From Spirochaetia bacterium (GTDB lineage: Bacteria; Spirochaetota; Spirochaetia; SZUA-6; Bin103): a DNA stretch of 64,000 nt. The position numbers were made by a program, and so were the translations under genes. Below are positions 21,294-32,284 of the stretch, piece after piece. Below the pieces are notes generated by a model that did no database searches, was not told the DNA's origin, and saw only the letters and a list, made by a program, of their open reading frames with translations. The stretch covers positions 1,280,001 through 1,344,000 of the forward strand of contig CBDBDQ010000005.1 of the NCBI GenBank assembly GCA_965203905.1, read 5' to 3'. Positions within the stretch are counted from its first letter, which is position 1; every line of letters begins with the position of its first letter.

Positions 21294-21752
21294 TCAATCA
21301 TCGGCCAGCCACCCCGCCACCTGTTCGACGAGCCACCACTGCGCGTCATTGAAGAAAGATCGATGCTCCTCGGCGTTATGCTTGATGTCCAGCGGAAGGC
21401 TGGGGGTGTTGTACGTCACCGCTGCCGCGCGCCAGTCGATCACCATCTCGATGATGTCGAGCCATCCCATGCCATGCCGCTCGTGGTGCTCGGGATGATG
21501 GCTCTCGCGGTCGCGATGGCGTCTGACGCAACCGTACTTCTCGGCTTTCTCCCGCAACTCTTTGAACTCGGGACTGTGACGAGGACACTGGCTCAATTCC
21601 GCGTACTCCGGAAATTCGTTATTCTCCAGCTTGCTGCGGTCGTGCACGCGGGCGCGCCGACGCAACTCGTCAGCGAGTTCCTCCAGCTTCTCAGCCACCG
21701 CCTCACGATGTCGCATAATCGTCAGCAGCGCCTTCATCTCTCCGTTCATCAT
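21294..21752 (-). CDS. DUF5662-like HD-type protein (phage-associated family)
   Basis: H....HDRSKL..E...Y....H...E.HHPEH....M...DIIEMVIDWRAA; GGAGGAG RBS. Confidence 0.7.
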   Translation of the reverse strand: MMNGEMKALLTIMRHREAVAEKLEELADELRRRARVHDRSKLENNEFPEYAELSQCPRHSPEFKELREKAEKYGCVRRHRDRESHHPEHHERHGMGWLDIIEMVIDWRAAAVTYNTPSLPLDIKHNAEEHRSFFNDAQWWLVEQVAGWLADD

Positions 21753-21869
21753 GTTCTCCTCCTGGTCGGACGGAAGGGACGGCACCCGTCCCCCGCGGTC
21801 ATTCGACGTGCAGCGACGGGGCGCCGTCCGATGCGGTAGGCGTAGGCGGTGCTGAAAGACGCCATCGCT

Positions 21870-21965
21870 CCCACGTAAGCGCCGTACTTTGCCGCCTGCG
21901 GCTCTGCAGCTTCCCGGCTGACGAACTCGGCGTTGACCTGCACCTCGATCGTGAGTCCGTCGCGG
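21870..21965 (-). pseudogene. Fragment of the Ig/metalloprotease lipoprotein (30185-30275)
   Basis: DGLTIEVQVNAEFVSREAAEPQAAKYGAYVG. Confidence 0.75.
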
Positions 21966-21989
21966 TGCCTACTTTCCAAGGTAGAAGCG

Positions 21990-22155
21990 TTGCGTATGCG
22001 CGTAGTCGGCGTGTACGCAGCGCTCCCTCACGTGCTTAGGTATATTGCGGTCCCGAATGCACCGCAGATCAACAGTGGAAGCAAGGTTTGTGTGGTTTCT
22101 GGTCGTACGCCTCGGTAACTACCGATTCGGCAGATGTCGACCGTCGTTGGCAATC
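21990..22155. repeat. Conserved non-coding element, copy A
   Basis: TATATTGCGGTCCCGAATGCACCGCAGATCAACAGTGGAAGCAAGG...TCGGTAACTACCGATTCGGCAGATGTCGACCGT. Confidence 0.85.
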
Positions 22156-22270
22156 ACCCAGACGGTGTACCAGGCGCCCGCGCGCGACGCGACCGTGGGG
22201 ACCGGCAGTCGAGGTGGGCAGCGACCTGCTCCCGACGTGGCGCTGGAGGCAGCGAGCTTCCGTATCTGCC

Positions 22271-22450
22271 GTGATGAAGGTCGCGGACGAGTCGGTCGCG
22301 ACCAGCGACACCGCGCCAGTACAAAATTCCGCCGCCGTTTACCTCGACCGCCTCCACCCGTCCGGCCGCGGCAGCATGCGCCGCGAACTCGACTGCGCGG
22401 TCGCAATCTTCACTGACCAGGCCGTCACAGATGCGATGGCGTTCGTCTGA
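22271..22450 (+). pseudogene. Tyrosine recombinase N-terminal fragment
   Basis: NSAAVYLDRLHPSGRGSMRRELD..VAIFT...DAMAF resembles the N-terminal domain of XerC-like integrases. Confidence 0.5.
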
Positions 22451-22461
22451 GGGGTGAGGCG

Positions 22462-24828
22462 CTACCGGTGCGTCTTGCGGATCTCCTCGAGGGCGGTGCG
22501 GGCCGTTTCCAGCGCCGGGTCCAGCGAGAGCGCATGCTCGAAGCTGCGCAGGGCTTCATCGATCCGCCCCAGGTGGTACAGGGCGACCGCCAGGTTGGCG
22601 TGGGTCTGCGCGCTCTCCGGGTCGATCTCGAGCAGCCTCCGATACAGGTCGAGGGCCGCGGCGTACCGCTGCTGCTCGAACCGCACCAGGGCAAGACGGT
22701 CGAGCGCCTCCCAGTCGTGCGGGTCCAACTGCGCTGCGCGCTCGAAGTGCTCCGCTGCCGCCTCGGACTGGCCCAGTTCGTACGCCGCGCGGCCCATGAG
22801 ACGGCGCATGGCGCCGGCACGCGACAGGTCGGGCTGCAAGGTCAACGCCCGCGCCAGCGCCGCCAGCGCCGCCTCGTAGCGCTGCAGCCGGAACAGCGCT
22901 TCACCCATGCCGGCGTGCGCCGGCGCGTAGCCGGGGTCGGTCTGCAGCGCCTCGCGATACCTCGCCAGTGCCGCCGCGTAGCGCCCCTGCATCAGGAGCG
23001 CGGCGGCCGCTTCCCGCAGCCTGTCCGCCGCCTTGCGCCGCAGGATCTGCACGCCCTGCTGCGCCGCAGGCAGCGGCGTGAACGCGTGCATGTTGATTTC
23101 CGGCCGCTGCGTCGGATAGGAGAACACCTCCGGTTGCGCAACCAGGTCGAAACTCGCCGTGACTTGGTTCCAGTACTCCTCCGGCGGCTCCCCGAACAGC
23201 ACCACCCAGTCGGGAGTGGTGCCCTTGACCAGGAGCCGCGCGGGCAGCGACTCCACCGTCGCCGGCGGCAGCGGTGTGGCTGCATCCAGCACACAGCAGA
23301 ACAGCACCTGCCGACCGCGGGTGAAGGTCAGCGCCTCGCGGTCGGCAAACCCCGGTACGTACACCAGGTCGTCCTGCGCGGCGTGCGCCAAGAGATAGTC
23401 GGAGACCACGCCAATCGAGTCGCGGTAGGGCCGGTGGATCTCCCGTATGAACTGGACCAGGTGCAGCCCCAGGGTCGGCTCGCCGGTGTGCAGGCTGCGT
23501 ATGTTGAACGGCCAGGCCCCGGCGCTGGAGAACAGCAGCACCGCGACCGCCGCCGCGCCCGCGAGCTTCGACTTGCGCCACGTCCACTCGACAAACAGCC
23601 CCTTCATGGCCAACAGCAGCGGCAGAGCCCCCATGTAATAGCGCAGATCGGCGAAGGGAACTTTAAACGCCCACACCGGCTGTACCGACAGCGCCGCCGA
23701 GAACAGCGCGAACAGCGCGCCCATCAGCACGATCCCGGCGACCGCTTTCACCGGCAGCTCGGCGCCGCGAGCTTCCCGTGGGCTGCGTTCCGCTGCAACC
23801 TCCCGGGCGCCGGCCGCGGCGCGCCTTGGCCGTTTGCTGCCAGCGCCCCGCCGCGCCTTGCGGGCCGCAGGAGTGCCGCGGCGGCTTCGCGCAAGCGGCA
23901 GCAGCAGCATCCCCGCGAACCAGAGGAATACCGGCCACGAGATCCAATCCGCGGCGAACAGGTCGCGGGTGTAGATTCCGATTCGCTGCAGCACGCCCAG
24001 AAGAAACCACGGAGCAGGCCGGCGGACTTCGGCCATCGCGGTCACGCCCGTGAACCCCTGGAACCCTCTGCGCTCGCCGCCGATCACCCCCACCCAGGCG
24101 AGATACGCGGTTCCCAGGGCCGCCACCACCATGGCGCCGGCCGCCAGGGCCAGCCACTGCCGCGGCGTGGTCGTCCGGCCGCGATGTATCAGATGCCACG
24201 CCGCGAGCGCCAGCATGGTCGCCGCGCCGCCGTTGTAGTGATTGAAGAACGCCAGCAGGGCGACCAGCGTCAGCGCACCCAGATACACCGTCTTTCCGCT
24301 TCGCCACCAGCGCTCGTAGAAGTAGAACGCGGCGATCAGCGCGCACGCCATGAACGCGTAATAACGCGACTGGCGGAAGTACAGCAGCAGTTGCGGCGAG
24401 CAGGCGGCGAACAGGAGGCAGCACAGGATCAGCCGCGGCTGTTGCGCCAGGTGCTGCCGCAGAAGCAGGTAGAGCAGCCCGAGCGACAGAATCCCGATCA
24501 ACGCCGGCATGATGCGCGCACCGGTCTCGTTGACCCCGAACACCGCCATTCCCGCCGCGTTCAGCACGTACATCAGGGGCGGCAGCACGTCGCGCAACTC
24601 GTCGTTCAGGGTGCGGCCATTGGTCCCCCCCACCAGGTTGCGCCCGTCCCACCCCGTGATGTCCCCCTGCTGCAGCAGGTTGCGGCCGATCAGCGCCGCC
24701 GGCGCCTCGTCGTGCCACAGGGCGGCGTAGTCCAGGTTCGCCAGGCACAGATAGGCGGCCGCGGCCAACACGCACAGGGTCGGCACCGCGTACGGCGCGC
24801 CGCGTATATGTCGAGCCAGGCGCCACAC
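22462..24828 (-). CDS. ArnT/PMT-like (GT39/GT83) glycosyltransferase with C-terminal TPRs; chimeric 5' end
   Basis: LWHDEA, PPL.Y.L....FGVNE..AR, RQSRYYA, TM helices, ~5 TPR units. Confidence 0.8.
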   Translation of the reverse strand: MWRLARHIRGAPYAVPTLCVLAAAAYLCLANLDYAALWHDEAPAALIGRNLLQQGDITGWDGRNLVGGTNGRTLNDELRDVLPPLMYVLNAAGMAVFGVNETGARIMPALIGILSLGLLYLLLRQHLAQQPRLILCCLLFAACSPQLLLYFRQSRYYAFMACALIAAFYFYERWWRSGKTVYLGALTLVALLAFFNHYNGGAATMLALAAWHLIHRGRTTTPRQWLALAAGAMVVAALGTAYLAWVGVIGGERRGFQGFTGVTAMAEVRRPAPWFLLGVLQRIGIYTRDLFAADWISWPVFLWFAGMLLLPLARSRRGTPAARKARRGAGSKRPRRAAAGAREVAAERSPREARGAELPVKAVAGIVLMGALFALFSAALSVQPVWAFKVPFADLRYYMGALPLLLAMKGLFVEWTWRKSKLAGAAAVAVLLFSSAGAWPFNIRSLHTGEPTLGLHLVQFIREIHRPYRDSIGVVSDYLLAHAAQDDLVYVPGFADREALTFTRGRQVLFCCVLDAATPLPPATVESLPARLLVKGTTPDWVVLFGEPPEEYWNQVTASFDLVAQPEVFSYPTQRPEINMHAFTPLPAAQQGVQILRRKAADRLREAAAALLMQGRYAAALARYREALQTDPGYAPAHAGMGEALFRLQRYEAALAALARALTLQPDLSRAGAMRRLMGRAAYELGQSEAAAEHFERAAQLDPHDWEALDRLALVRFEQQRYAAALDLYRRLLEIDPESAQTHANLAVALYHLGRIDEALRSFEHALSLDPALETARTALEEIRKTHR

Positions 24829-25110
24829 TTGCCGAGCAGTCGCGGCGTCAGCCGCGTGCCAGCCGCGCTACCGGTTCGGCAAGGACTCCGCGACCGACCT
24901 GGAGCAACTGGAGTTTGACGAAATGGAGTTGCAAACGCGGCAATAGTGGGCTATTAATTGGTCATAATCGCAATTATAGGCGCAATGATCAGCCCAATTA
25001 CTGCAATGACAGCAACGTCAATCAAGATAGTGAATCAAAGCGATTAGTCCGCCGATCATCCCCAAAAATGGCCACTGCTTTTCCCATGATCTACTCTTTG
25101 ACTATAACCA

Positions 25111-25307
25111 CGCCGGTACGGCCTTTGTTGCGTATGTTCCGTAGTCGACGTTGTACGCAGCGCTCCCTCGCTCCCTTACGTGATTACGTATATTGCGGTC
25201 CCGAATGCACCGCAGATCAACAGTGGAAGGAAGGTTTTTGTGGTAGCTGGTCGTACGCCTCGGCAACTACCGACTCGGTAGATTTCGACCGTCGTTGGCG
25301 ATCGCAC
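25111..25307. repeat. Conserved non-coding element, copy B (perfect palindrome CTACCGACTCGGTAG at 25267-25281)
   Basis: Direct repeat of copy A. Confidence 0.85.
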
Positions 25308-25585
25308 TTTGAGCTCCTGGAGGAGCGATTTCTCGGCCACGGCCAGGATACGCCCACATCACGCTGGAGCCGCTGATTGCCGCTGTCCGTAGTTGGGGCC
25401 GCGGCGAGTCGGTGGATGCCGGACGCGTCGTGGTCAGCGCCAGGGACACCTATTGACGGTTCGTACTAACAGGACAGGCCACCTGAGGTCGGCCTCCCAA
25501 ATTAGACTAGTAGGTCCTATCCCGTGACCGCGATCTTCGGTGGGCTATGGCGCGGGCCTGATCGATAGTGGAGGGGCGGGTCGCC

Positions 25586-26585
25586 TCACCGCGCGCTCGG
25601 TCTGGGCATGCGGTAGCCGACCCCGCGCTCGGTCAAGATGTAGGTGGGCTTGGCGGGGACATCGCCGAGCTTGCGGCGCAGAGTTTTCACCAGGGTGCGC
25701 ACCCGCTCCGAGCTGCCTGAGTGGGGCAGGCGCCACACTTGGCGCAGCAGCTCGTCGTAGGTCACCAGGCGCCCGGCGTTCACCGAGAGCACGCGCAGCA
25801 ATTCGTATTCGGTCGCCGTCAGCCGCACCTCGCGATTCGCCACGGTCACCCGGCGTTCCAGGTAGTCGATGGAAAGCCCCTTCAGGACGAACGGTTTCGC
25901 CCGGTTCGGGCTCGCTGCGGCGGCGCAGCGCCGCGTTGATCCGCGCCGTGAGCTCGGTCGCCGAGAACGGCTTGACGATATAGTCGGCGGCGCCGGTCTC
26001 CAGGGCCTTGGCGATGGTCTCGCCCCGTTCGTAGCCGGAGATGAAGATGACCGGCAGATCGGCCAGTTCGGGCAGCTCCTCCATCAGCTCGATCCCATCG
26101 GTCCCGGGCAGCACCAGGTCCAGCAGGATGAGCTGGGGCTTCTCGGCGCGGATGATATGGGCCAACTCCTGATGATCACCGGTGACGATCGGGTCGTAGC
26201 CGGCCGTGGCGAGTGCATCGCGCACGTAGCGCAGCATCAGCGGATCGTCGTCTACCACCAGAATGCGTGTCGGCTCGGGTCCTTCCGCCCATCCGCGAGA
26301 CCTGCTCCGGGCGACCTCGCGCACGGCGCCGGCGGCGGCCTCCACCACAGGAATCGTGAACGTGAACCGCATGCCCTGGCCCTCACCGGCACTCTCGGCC
26401 CAGATGCGGCCGCCGTGCGCTTCCACCAGCCCCTTGCAGATGGCGAGGCCCAAGCCGGAGCTCCCGAGTCCGCGCTCCGCGTCCCCGCCGCCGACGTGTT
26501 TCCGAAACAGGTGCGGAAGCCGCTCCTGCGGCATGCCCCTGCCCTGGTCGGAGACCGAGATCGCCACGTGCACCGCTTCTTGCAC
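25586..26585 (-). pseudogene. Hybrid HATPase-receiver-OmpR-type DNA-binding regulator, 5'-truncated and frameshifted near 25900
   Basis: [49 protein letters not shown] in a second frame. Confidence 0.8.
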
Positions 26586-26988
26586 CGCGGCGACCCGGAT
26601 CGAGGAGGAGGTCGGGGTTGCCGACTTGTGGTCGCCGCGTGCGGGAATGAGGGCACGGAGTCGGAGGTTCCGATGGTTGGCGGCACATCTTGTGGCTGCG
26701 TCTGACCAGCCACCGCATCTTCATCAAGTTCTCTCTGACCGGTGCGAGCCGGTTGTTCGTCAATCTGGGCTCGTTCACCTGCTGCTGCAGCTCGGCCTGC
26801 ACCGCTACCTGGCCTCGCCGCTTGCCATCGAGCACGCGGATCCGGGCGGTGAAGTTCAACGCGGTGTCCCTGTTGGCGCTGGGCGTGAGCTACGGCACGT
26901 TCCCGCTGCCGTCGCGGGCGGCGCCGGAGTGGCTGCAGGGACTGGTGATCCTGCCCGCGGCGCTGGTCACTTTCGGGAGCACCTGATT

Positions 26989-27168
26989 CTAAGGATTACT
27001 CCGGCGAATCAATACCCACGTGACACCATGATCTCCGCGCTGACATGGTGGGAACGTTTCATCTTCGGAAAGGGGAATCTCGGGGCGATGAAAACATTGA
27101 GCTCTATAGACGCCAGAGCGTTGACATGTTTGCCCCGTTCTTCCGATCACTATTGAATATCTGTTCAT
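26989..27168 (-). CDS. YjzC-like small zinc-ribbon protein
   Basis: TGQTCQRSGVYRAQC.H..EIPLS..ETFPPC......VTWVL. Confidence 0.65.
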   Translation of the reverse strand: MNRYSIVIGRTGQTCQRSGVYRAQCFHRPEIPLSEDETFPPCQRGDHGVTWVLIRRSNP

Positions 27169-27294
27169 ATCTTTCATACCACGGAACAAGGTCCTTTGCT
27201 GAATCTAAAACAAGTGACGCCTTGGTAAGCCTTGTGAGCCCGATTGGTACCGGGCTGTTTTGCAGGAGCCAAGGGTCGTAGATCGCGATGGTGG

Positions 27295-27370
27295 TGATCA
27301 ACGGTAGAAGCCGTAGTTTTTCAGTAGCCGGTCAAGCACCGTGCAACCTACCGAATCGGTGGTCAACGAC
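27295..27370. repeat. Conserved non-coding element, diverged copy C
   Basis: GATCAACGGTAGAAGC..GTTTTT..GTAGCCGGTC..CTACCGAATCGGTGG. Confidence 0.6.
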
Positions 27371-27567
27371 AGGCGTCACCAAGCTCGGCTTCGCCAGCGT
27401 ACTGGAGCTCTTCTACCACATCTCGTGGCTGCGCCTGACCAGCCATCGCACATTTATAAATGCTGGACAGTTGACAGCAATCTCAAGTGTGGTAAGCTGG
27501 CGTCTGTCGAAATCGGCGCGGCATCTCTCTACGAGCAGGTGCCCAGCGTCCAAATGGGAGAAGCACT

Positions 27568-27897
27568 ATGATCTACAAGGTCTTCAAGGTGGTAGCGATA
27601 TTGACTGCTGGTGTTCTGTTCGCGACGGGCTGTGCCGGCGTTACCCACACGGTGGAGGTGGGGTTCTTCCACCACCCGCCCGACGAATTTGAAGACAACG
27701 GAGGATCAAACCTGACATTAGGTGGGACGGCTAATCTGCAGTTTGGCGCCAAGGGCATCGAAACCGTGGAGGGCTGCGGCTCGGTCCGATACGGGTTTTG
27801 GGAAACCGACGACGATAACAGGACGGCGAGCAACACCATCCCTGCAGAGTTCTGCACGGAGTGGGATCTGCTCTACGCTGACTCCAGCGACGAGTAA
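27568..27897 (+). CDS. Small predicted lipoprotein
   Basis: GGAG RBS, signal peptide with LFATGC lipobox. Confidence 0.65.
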   Translation: MIYKVFKVVAILTAGVLFATGCAGVTHTVEVGFFHHPPDEFEDNGGSNLTLGGTANLQFGAKGIETVEGCGSVRYGFWETDDDNRTASNTIPAEFCTEWDLLYADSSDE

Positions 27898-28075
27898 CGA
27901 ATCGTAGCGATGGCGTTGAACCGGCGGGGTCTGAGTTCTTGACCGGCGGGCGTGGCGTACTTGCTATACTTGTCACGTCCGCTGAGGAGCATGATAAAAG
28001 GCTGAGTCGAATCGATCGGCTCGCGGACCGATGGCTCATGCGTCTGGTTCAGCGTTCTTCTTGCGGGCATGCAGA

Positions 28076-29085
28076 ATGAGCGGCGCTACTAGATTCCGAT
28101 TGATGGCAGCGCGCCTCGTCCTGATGAGCGCACTGGGCTTGTACCTGAGTTCCTGTGACCTGTTTCTGCCGCCCTCCGAGCCGAAGTTCGGCAGTCGCAC
28201 GATTCCGGAACCGACGCCCACTACTTCAGGGTGGAGGTGCAATCCTCCGCCCGCCTGATTGCCGCCACCGACGGCAATCACAGGTACGCGGATACGGTCG
28301 TCAGCATCGAGGGCGTGCCCGGCCACGAGCCGAACACCTCGGACTCGATGGATGCGGTGCAGGAGGTCCCAGTGGCAGTGCCGGGAGATCGCACCTCCGT
28401 TCGGCGCCTACGTCGACGATCTGCTGATCTACGTCTACCTGGAGCACCTGGATGGATTCGCGGGACGCGGCGGCCCTGTTTTCACGCTCAGCGCAAGCGG
28501 ACGGCGCACCGGGGCTGCCCGACATCGGTACCATGTGGTTCGACCCGCGGCACCTGTCCGCGGACACACTGCACTTCACGGCGCTGCACGAGGCAGGTCA
28601 CGTGCTCGGCTTCGGCACGCTGTGGGACCGCTTCGGATACCTGCAGGACCCATCCGCCGCTGCTGCCCGGCCGCCGGACACCCACTTCAGCGGCGAGGTG
28701 GCCATCGCCGCCTTCAATCGCGCCGGCGGCGCAAGCTATCCCGGCGCCAAGGTCCCGGTGGAGAACGATACCGCCCGCTACCCGGGTGCCGAAAGACAGC
28801 CACTGACGCGAATCGGTGTTCGGCGACGAACTGATGACCGGCGGCGCGCGCGGCGTCCGGGGTACGTTCGAACCGCTCAGCAGGGTGACCGTCGCCTCCC
28901 TGGCCGACCTCGGCTATGCCGTCAACTACCCCGCGGCGGACGCCTTCCGCCTGCCGCGTCCCAGCTCCGCGCTCCGCGACGCGCTGCAACGCGGTACCAT
29001 CCACGTCGCCGGGGACACCTTCCCGGAGCCACCGACGGTGGTGGATCTGCCCGAGACCGTTACCCGCGTCCTTAACCGCGACTGA
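28076..29085 (+). pseudogene. Leishmanolysin-like (M8) zinc metalloprotease lipoprotein, multiply deleted and frameshifted
   Basis: LSSC lipobox, VDDLLIY, ALHEAGHVLGFGTLW, VPVEND, H*RESVFGDELMT, PLSRVTVASLADLGYAVNY..AD. Confidence 0.8.
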
Positions 29086-29147
29086 CCGTGCCGCATCAAA
29101 AGCACGCCCTACTGATGCGACTGCGTACGGACTGCCAAGATGCACAA

Positions 29148-29717
29148 TCACTCGCCTCGTGGTGGATCACACCGACTCCTGTAGTCTCCAGTCGCAGCTG
29201 CACTGTCCGTATTCGAATAGTCAATACGCACCAATGCATCCCTTATCTCGAATACAAGAGTCGCTTCAACTTGAGACAACTCGTCAACAAAGCTCGTCAC
29301 TATGTCAACGGCATCCGTCACGGCGCCACCATTCTCAGTTATCCATGCTTCCTCATATGTGTCGCCTTTATCAAAGCGATATCGTACATCGATCGGATTG
29401 CCCCCGTCATAGTAACTTCGAGCATCGAGATTCGGTCTCATCATGATTCTATGGCGCACCTCGTCATTGCACGACAGGAACACCATATCTTCAGAGATGC
29501 GCCCCACTCTTTTTTCGAGAGACATCAGTTTCGCAGGATTAATGATATAACCTGGGACACAAATCAATCCGTGTGTCATCTCGTCAGTAAAATCATCGAT
29601 ATCCGTGAATACGTCACAAATACCGTACGACTTTACGTCCTTTACTTCAGCCCACATGGATATCGGAGAAAGAACCAACAAAACAAGCATCGATAGTCGT
29701 CGGGAAAACGTCAACAT
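29148..29717 (-). CDS. Secreted hypothetical protein (paralog of 32614-33186)
   Basis: Signal peptide, D.FTDE....L, VRYRFDK; ATG overlaps the upstream stop (TGATG). Confidence 0.7.
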   Translation of the reverse strand: MLTFSRRLSMLVLLVLSPISMWAEVKDVKSYGICDVFTDIDDFTDEMTHGLICVPGYIINPAKLMSLEKRVGRISEDMVFLSCNDEVRHRIMMRPNLDARSYYDGGNPIDVRYRFDKGDTYEEAWITENGGAVTDAVDIVTSFVDELSQVEATLVFEIRDALVRIDYSNTDSAAATGDYRSRCDPPRGE

Positions 29718-30850
29718 CACGGACAGTGGCTCGGCACCACCGGGCACCACGAGCCCGACAGCTCCGCGTCAAGGTAGGCGATCCGATTGGGGATCGTGAC
29801 GCTGATCAGGTCGACCATCGCCTCCGTTGCCCGCTCCGCTCGATACCGGACTATCAGGTACGGCACGAAACTCTCCGCGAGGTCCTCACGCATCGGACGG
29901 TCCTGAGCGTAGGTGGAGATGAACGTTGGATCTGCGGCCTGTGCCGCCAGCCAGCCGGGCGCCAGCTCGTGGATCTCGTCAAGGGACGTGTGCACCCCCT
30001 CATGGAGCAACACTTCCTCGAGATAGTTGCCGGGGCCGCTGGGCGAATAGTCTCCGTTCTCCCTGCGCTCGGCGCGATCGGTATGAATCAGGATGTTGCG
30101 GTTTCCACCCCCGAAGCTCTCGTCGCCGCGATGAATCCACAAGGTCTCGACGTTCACGCGCAGCAACCTCGGTAGCTTTCCGACGTAGGCTGCGTACTTT
30201 GCCGCCTGCGGCTCCGCAGCTTCCCGGCTGCCGAACTCGGCGTTGACCTGCACCTCGATCGTGAGTCCGTCGCCGTACGTGGCATCGAACAGGTACGCCT
30301 CGGTATCCGCGAAACTGCCGGTCCGCCTGTCGAACATCACTCGCGTGCCGATCCCGGTGTAGGTCAGGGACTCGAACATCGTCGGGTCAGCGTCGGTGAT
30401 GACGTCCGGGTTGATGAACACCGTACCGGAGTAGGGCGGCTCGGTAGGCTGCACAGTGATGCTGAAGGCAACCGTGGCGGCGTCGCTCACAGCGGTGTTG
30501 GCGTCGCCATCCTGCACTTGGTAGGTCATCTCATAGATGCCGGCGGCGGTCGGCGTACCGCTCAGCGTGCGCGACGCGGTGGCAAACGTCAGCCCCGGGA
30601 CCGCCGGTTCGAGCGAGTAGGACAGCGGGCCGTTGCCGCCGCTGGCCGCCGGCAGGGTCAGACGGGTGATGACCTCGCCCACGGCGTACGTCTGGTCGGG
30701 CACGGTGGCGGTATCAGCGAAGGCAGGGGCGGTGTCGGAGACCGCGGTGGCCCCCCTGCAGGCGGCCAACCCCAGTACCGCGCCAAGCGCCGCGGGGAGC
30801 AGCAGCAGCATCGGGCTGCTGATCTTCCGGTTCGGTTTGGACCTCGACAT
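29717..30850 (-). CDS. Lipoprotein with putative Ig (He_PIG) domain and HExxH metalloprotease-like domain
   Basis: LAAC lipobox, LPAASGGNG.LSYSL...PGLTF...SRTLSGTPT, EEVLLHEGVHTSLD; GGAGG RBS. Confidence 0.8.
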   Translation of the reverse strand: MSRSKPNRKISSPMLLLLPAALGAVLGLAACRGATAVSDTAPAFADTATVPDQTYAVGEVITRLTLPAASGGNGPLSYSLEPAVPGLTFATASRTLSGTPTAAGIYEMTYQVQDGDANTAVSDAATVAFSITVQPTEPPYSGTVFINPDVITDADPTMFESLTYTGIGTRVMFDRRTGSFADTEAYLFDATYGDGLTIEVQVNAEFGSREAAEPQAAKYAAYVGKLPRLLRVNVETLWIHRGDESFGGGNRNILIHTDRAERRENGDYSPSGPGNYLEEVLLHEGVHTSLDEIHELAPGWLAAQAADPTFISTYAQDRPMREDLAESFVPYLIVRYRAERATEAMVDLISVTIPNRIAYLDAELSGSWCPVVPSHCP

Positions 30851-30994
30851 CGTGCCCTCCCGGTGACAAATGCCCTGTGGGCGAGGCACCGCCGCGACCG
30901 CATGAGGACGGCCCACGCCCCTTCCGGGGCCGCATTGCTCCCAGGCACCGACCATTGCCCTGGCGGTTGGTCGCCACTCGGCCGGTCGAACGAA

Positions 30995-31177
30995 TGAACC
31001 GCGCCGGGTACGGCCTTTGTTGCGCAGGTTCCGTAGTCGGCGTTGTACGCAGCGCTCTCTCACGTGCTTAGGTATATTGCGGTCCCGAATGCACCGCAGG
31101 ATCAACAGTGGAAGCAAGGTTTTTGTGGTAGCTGGTCCTACGCCTCGGTAACTACCGACTCGGCAGATGTCGACCGT
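30995..31177. repeat. Conserved non-coding element, copy D
   Basis: Direct repeat; leader 30830-31010 is also shared with 33220-33405. Confidence 0.85.
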
Positions 31178-31189
31178 TCGGAGCAAACA

Positions 31190-31600
31190 CACCTACCCCA
31201 CGACCTACCGGGCGACCGACGAAAAGGACCGGTCCGCCACCCTGAAGTACACGGTCACCGTAGTCGGCGCGATCGGCGGCAGCCCCGCGACGGCCACCGT
31301 CATCCGGCCCGGCTCTCCGATCCGCGGCGAGCTCGAACCGGGGACCGATGCCACTACTTCAAGGTCGACGTGCAATCCTGCGCCAGCCTTATTGCCGCCA
31401 CGGATAGCAACCAGAGGTACCGGATACGCGACTGCACCGGCTCAAGGCTCAAGGCTCAAGGCGATCCCGGGCCGGTCGTTGCGTTCGAGTGGGTGCGGGA
31501 GATCAGCGTGCTCGGCTACGCCTTTCAGGTGTCACTGCTGCGCTGCCTGCTGCACAGCGGCGCGTGGGTGATGGAGGAACCGATCCACTTCCGCGGCCAC
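31190..31600 (+). pseudogene. Spliced fragments: Ig/PPC part of the M8 lipoprotein then a GT2 (polyprenol-phosphate mannose synthase-like) piece
   Basis: TYRATDEKD.SATL.YTVTV..HYFKVDVQS.ASLIAATD; RIRDCTG..GYAFQVSLL..EEPIHF. Confidence 0.5.
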
Positions 31601-31970
31601 GCTCGCGGCTGCCGACGGGACCGTGGCGGGTTCTGTAGGACAACAGCATGCGCGCCGGACAGCGCCGTGAAGAGCACAGCCGAGCAACGATCTCTCATCC
31701 TCGTGAGATTGGCTTGGCCTCACGCTGTACCGCGTACTTCCGATGCTCTTGCGCCAAATCGTAGATCGCCTGCATCCGCATCCAGTGTTCTGCGTCGCTC
31801 CAGCCAATCCGCTCCAGCGCCCGGGCCAGCGCCGCCGACACGCCGGCGTGCCCGTTCAGCACCCGTGACCGCGCTACCCGGCTTATGGTACCCTAATCTA
31901 CTGGGGTGGTGATTTAGAATCATGATTCTTGGATCATCCAAAGGTAAAGTTAGTGTTGGAGGCTATAGTA

Positions 31971-32201
31971 ATGAGTTTTGATACGCTTGTAGACTATTTT
32001 GAGCAAAGGCGTGATGATCTTGTTAAAGATCATCACAATGAATACGTAGTGATACACAATTGCGAGATCATTAAGTTCTTTGACGAGTACGATGAAGCAT
32101 ACCTATTTGCAGATAAGAATTTCGAACAAGAGACCTACTTAGTGGGACAGTGTATAACTAGGGAAGAAAATAGAGCTGTGTTTAGATCGCGAGTAAAATA
32201 G
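31971..32201 (+). CDS. Small low-GC DUF5678-like protein
   Basis: YFEQRRDDLVKDHHNEYVVIHNCEII..FD..DEA; GGAGG RBS. Confidence 0.55.
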   Translation: MSFDTLVDYFEQRRDDLVKDHHNEYVVIHNCEIIKFFDEYDEAYLFADKNFEQETYLVGQCITREENRAVFRSRVK

Positions 32202-32284
32202 CCAACGAATGCAAAAAATCGACGGTATAGGAGTTGAACCTTACGAGTCTGTAGTATCAGAATTAGTCACAACGATAGTTATCG

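Noticed and set aside
21294-22450. Prophage
   Set aside because: A single phage-type gene and an integrase fragment; no structural or packaging genes.
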